From the human T2T-CHM13v2.0 reference genome, Homo sapiens, in NCBI RefSeq assembly GCF_009914755.1, contig NC_060947.1: a stretch of 64,000 bases of DNA; one strand, 5' to 3'. Numbering within the stretch: the stretch's first letter is position 1; every line of letters starts with the position of its first letter. A program made the position numbers and the translations under genes. The notes beneath the pieces are model-generated. The model was not told the origin of the DNA. It made no database searches and was given only the letters and a program-made list of their open reading frames with translations. This document shows, piece after piece, positions 62,800 through 64,000 of the stretch.

Positions 62800-63490
62800 T
62801 TCTGTTTTAAGCACTGCACTGCACTGCACTGGGTGCTTTAAGTTGTATCATCGAATTTAATCCACTCAACGCACATAAAGAGTGGTTTCTGTTATAATCT
62901 CCACCTTACAAATGAGGAAAAGAAAGCTCTGGGCTTGCCCAAGTAGTTTGGAAGTGGTAGAGATGATATCCAAATCCAGAAGGTCTGATTCCAGAGCCCA
63001 TGCTCCTTGTCACCATGCCATAGAGGGTTTTAATAATAGTTGTTTGTATAAAAATTAAATTTTAAAAATGAATGCAAAGTTTTAGTTATTTTTTAACTTA
63101 ATAAAAATTTAGAGATTTTGGTAAACTTTAATGCTTAACCTCCAGGGGAAAAAAAATCTTTTACAAATTTGTAAATGAGCTGGTTTCTTTGCATATCATG
63201 CAAAATAATATCTTAATCCTCATATATAATAATAACAGCTATTAATTATCGAGTGCTTCATCTGTAACAGGGAGTAGCTACTGCTTTACATACATGATCA
63301 TATAATCCTCTCCAATATTGTATGAGGTAGCTATTATTATAATTACCATTTTTTTCTGCTGATGTAACCTGAGACTTACAGACATTAAAGAACTTTCCCA
63401 AGATTGCTTACCTAGTAAACAGCGGAGTCAAAACTCAAACCTAAACCTGACACTAAAGTCTATGCTGCCAACCTAAACTATGCTGCCTTT
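62800..63490 (-). mobile_element. Two MIR fragments (about 62800-63020 and 63230-63490)
   Basis: ccttacaaatgaggaaa...cttgcccaag; tataatcctctccaatattgtatgaggtag. Confidence 0.65.
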
Positions 63491-63756
63491 TCTTGTATGT
63501 GTCAATACCACCTGTAGGATTTAGGGGGCATGCCAAATCTGTTTTCACTGTAATATTGTGGGCAATCCTATGTATTATAAAACAGTGACCCAGCTTTATC
63601 TCGACAAAAATAATCTTGTGGGAATTTCGTAGGACTGTGGGACCCCATGTAGATGGCACAATAAGAATCATCTCCTTTTGAACACTATGCATTGGGTCCA
63701 TCCCAAGAGTCATCATGTGTATCCCTTAGAAATATTTCTAGGTATACCCTAATTTC

Positions 63757-63962
<206 letters not shown>

Positions 63963-64000
63963 TAAAGCTCCATGGTTTTACTCTGGTATGAAGGATCCAG

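Overview
AT-rich, repeat-dense primate (most likely human) genomic DNA containing the 5' part of the mitochondrial ABC transporter gene ABCB7 on the minus strand. Four coding exons are readable with canonical GT-AG boundaries: exon 1 in a small CpG-rich promoter at about 57.8 kb, a 41 kb intron 1, and exons 2-4 at about 16.4, 14.6 and 0.6 kb. The gene continues beyond coordinate 1. Roughly a third of the window is LINE-1, mostly antisense to the gene. The rest includes a MER41 provirus remnant, a MER4-group solo LTR, MaLR LTRs, Alus, MIR/L2 and DNA-transposon fossils. Apart from the ORF overlapping exon 1, the ORF-track entries are decayed L1/Alu frames or noise. I see no new protein-coding system. 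The best leads are a near-perfect 39-bp-arm hairpin in intron 3, a compact TCT/5'TOP plus TISU/YY1 start module, a CAGCAG tandem acceptor at exon 2, a sense THE1 LTR in intron 1, and several well-resolved retrotransposition scars. Repeat subfamily names come from recalled consensus features, not alignments, and repeat boundaries are approximate unless a TSD is quoted.
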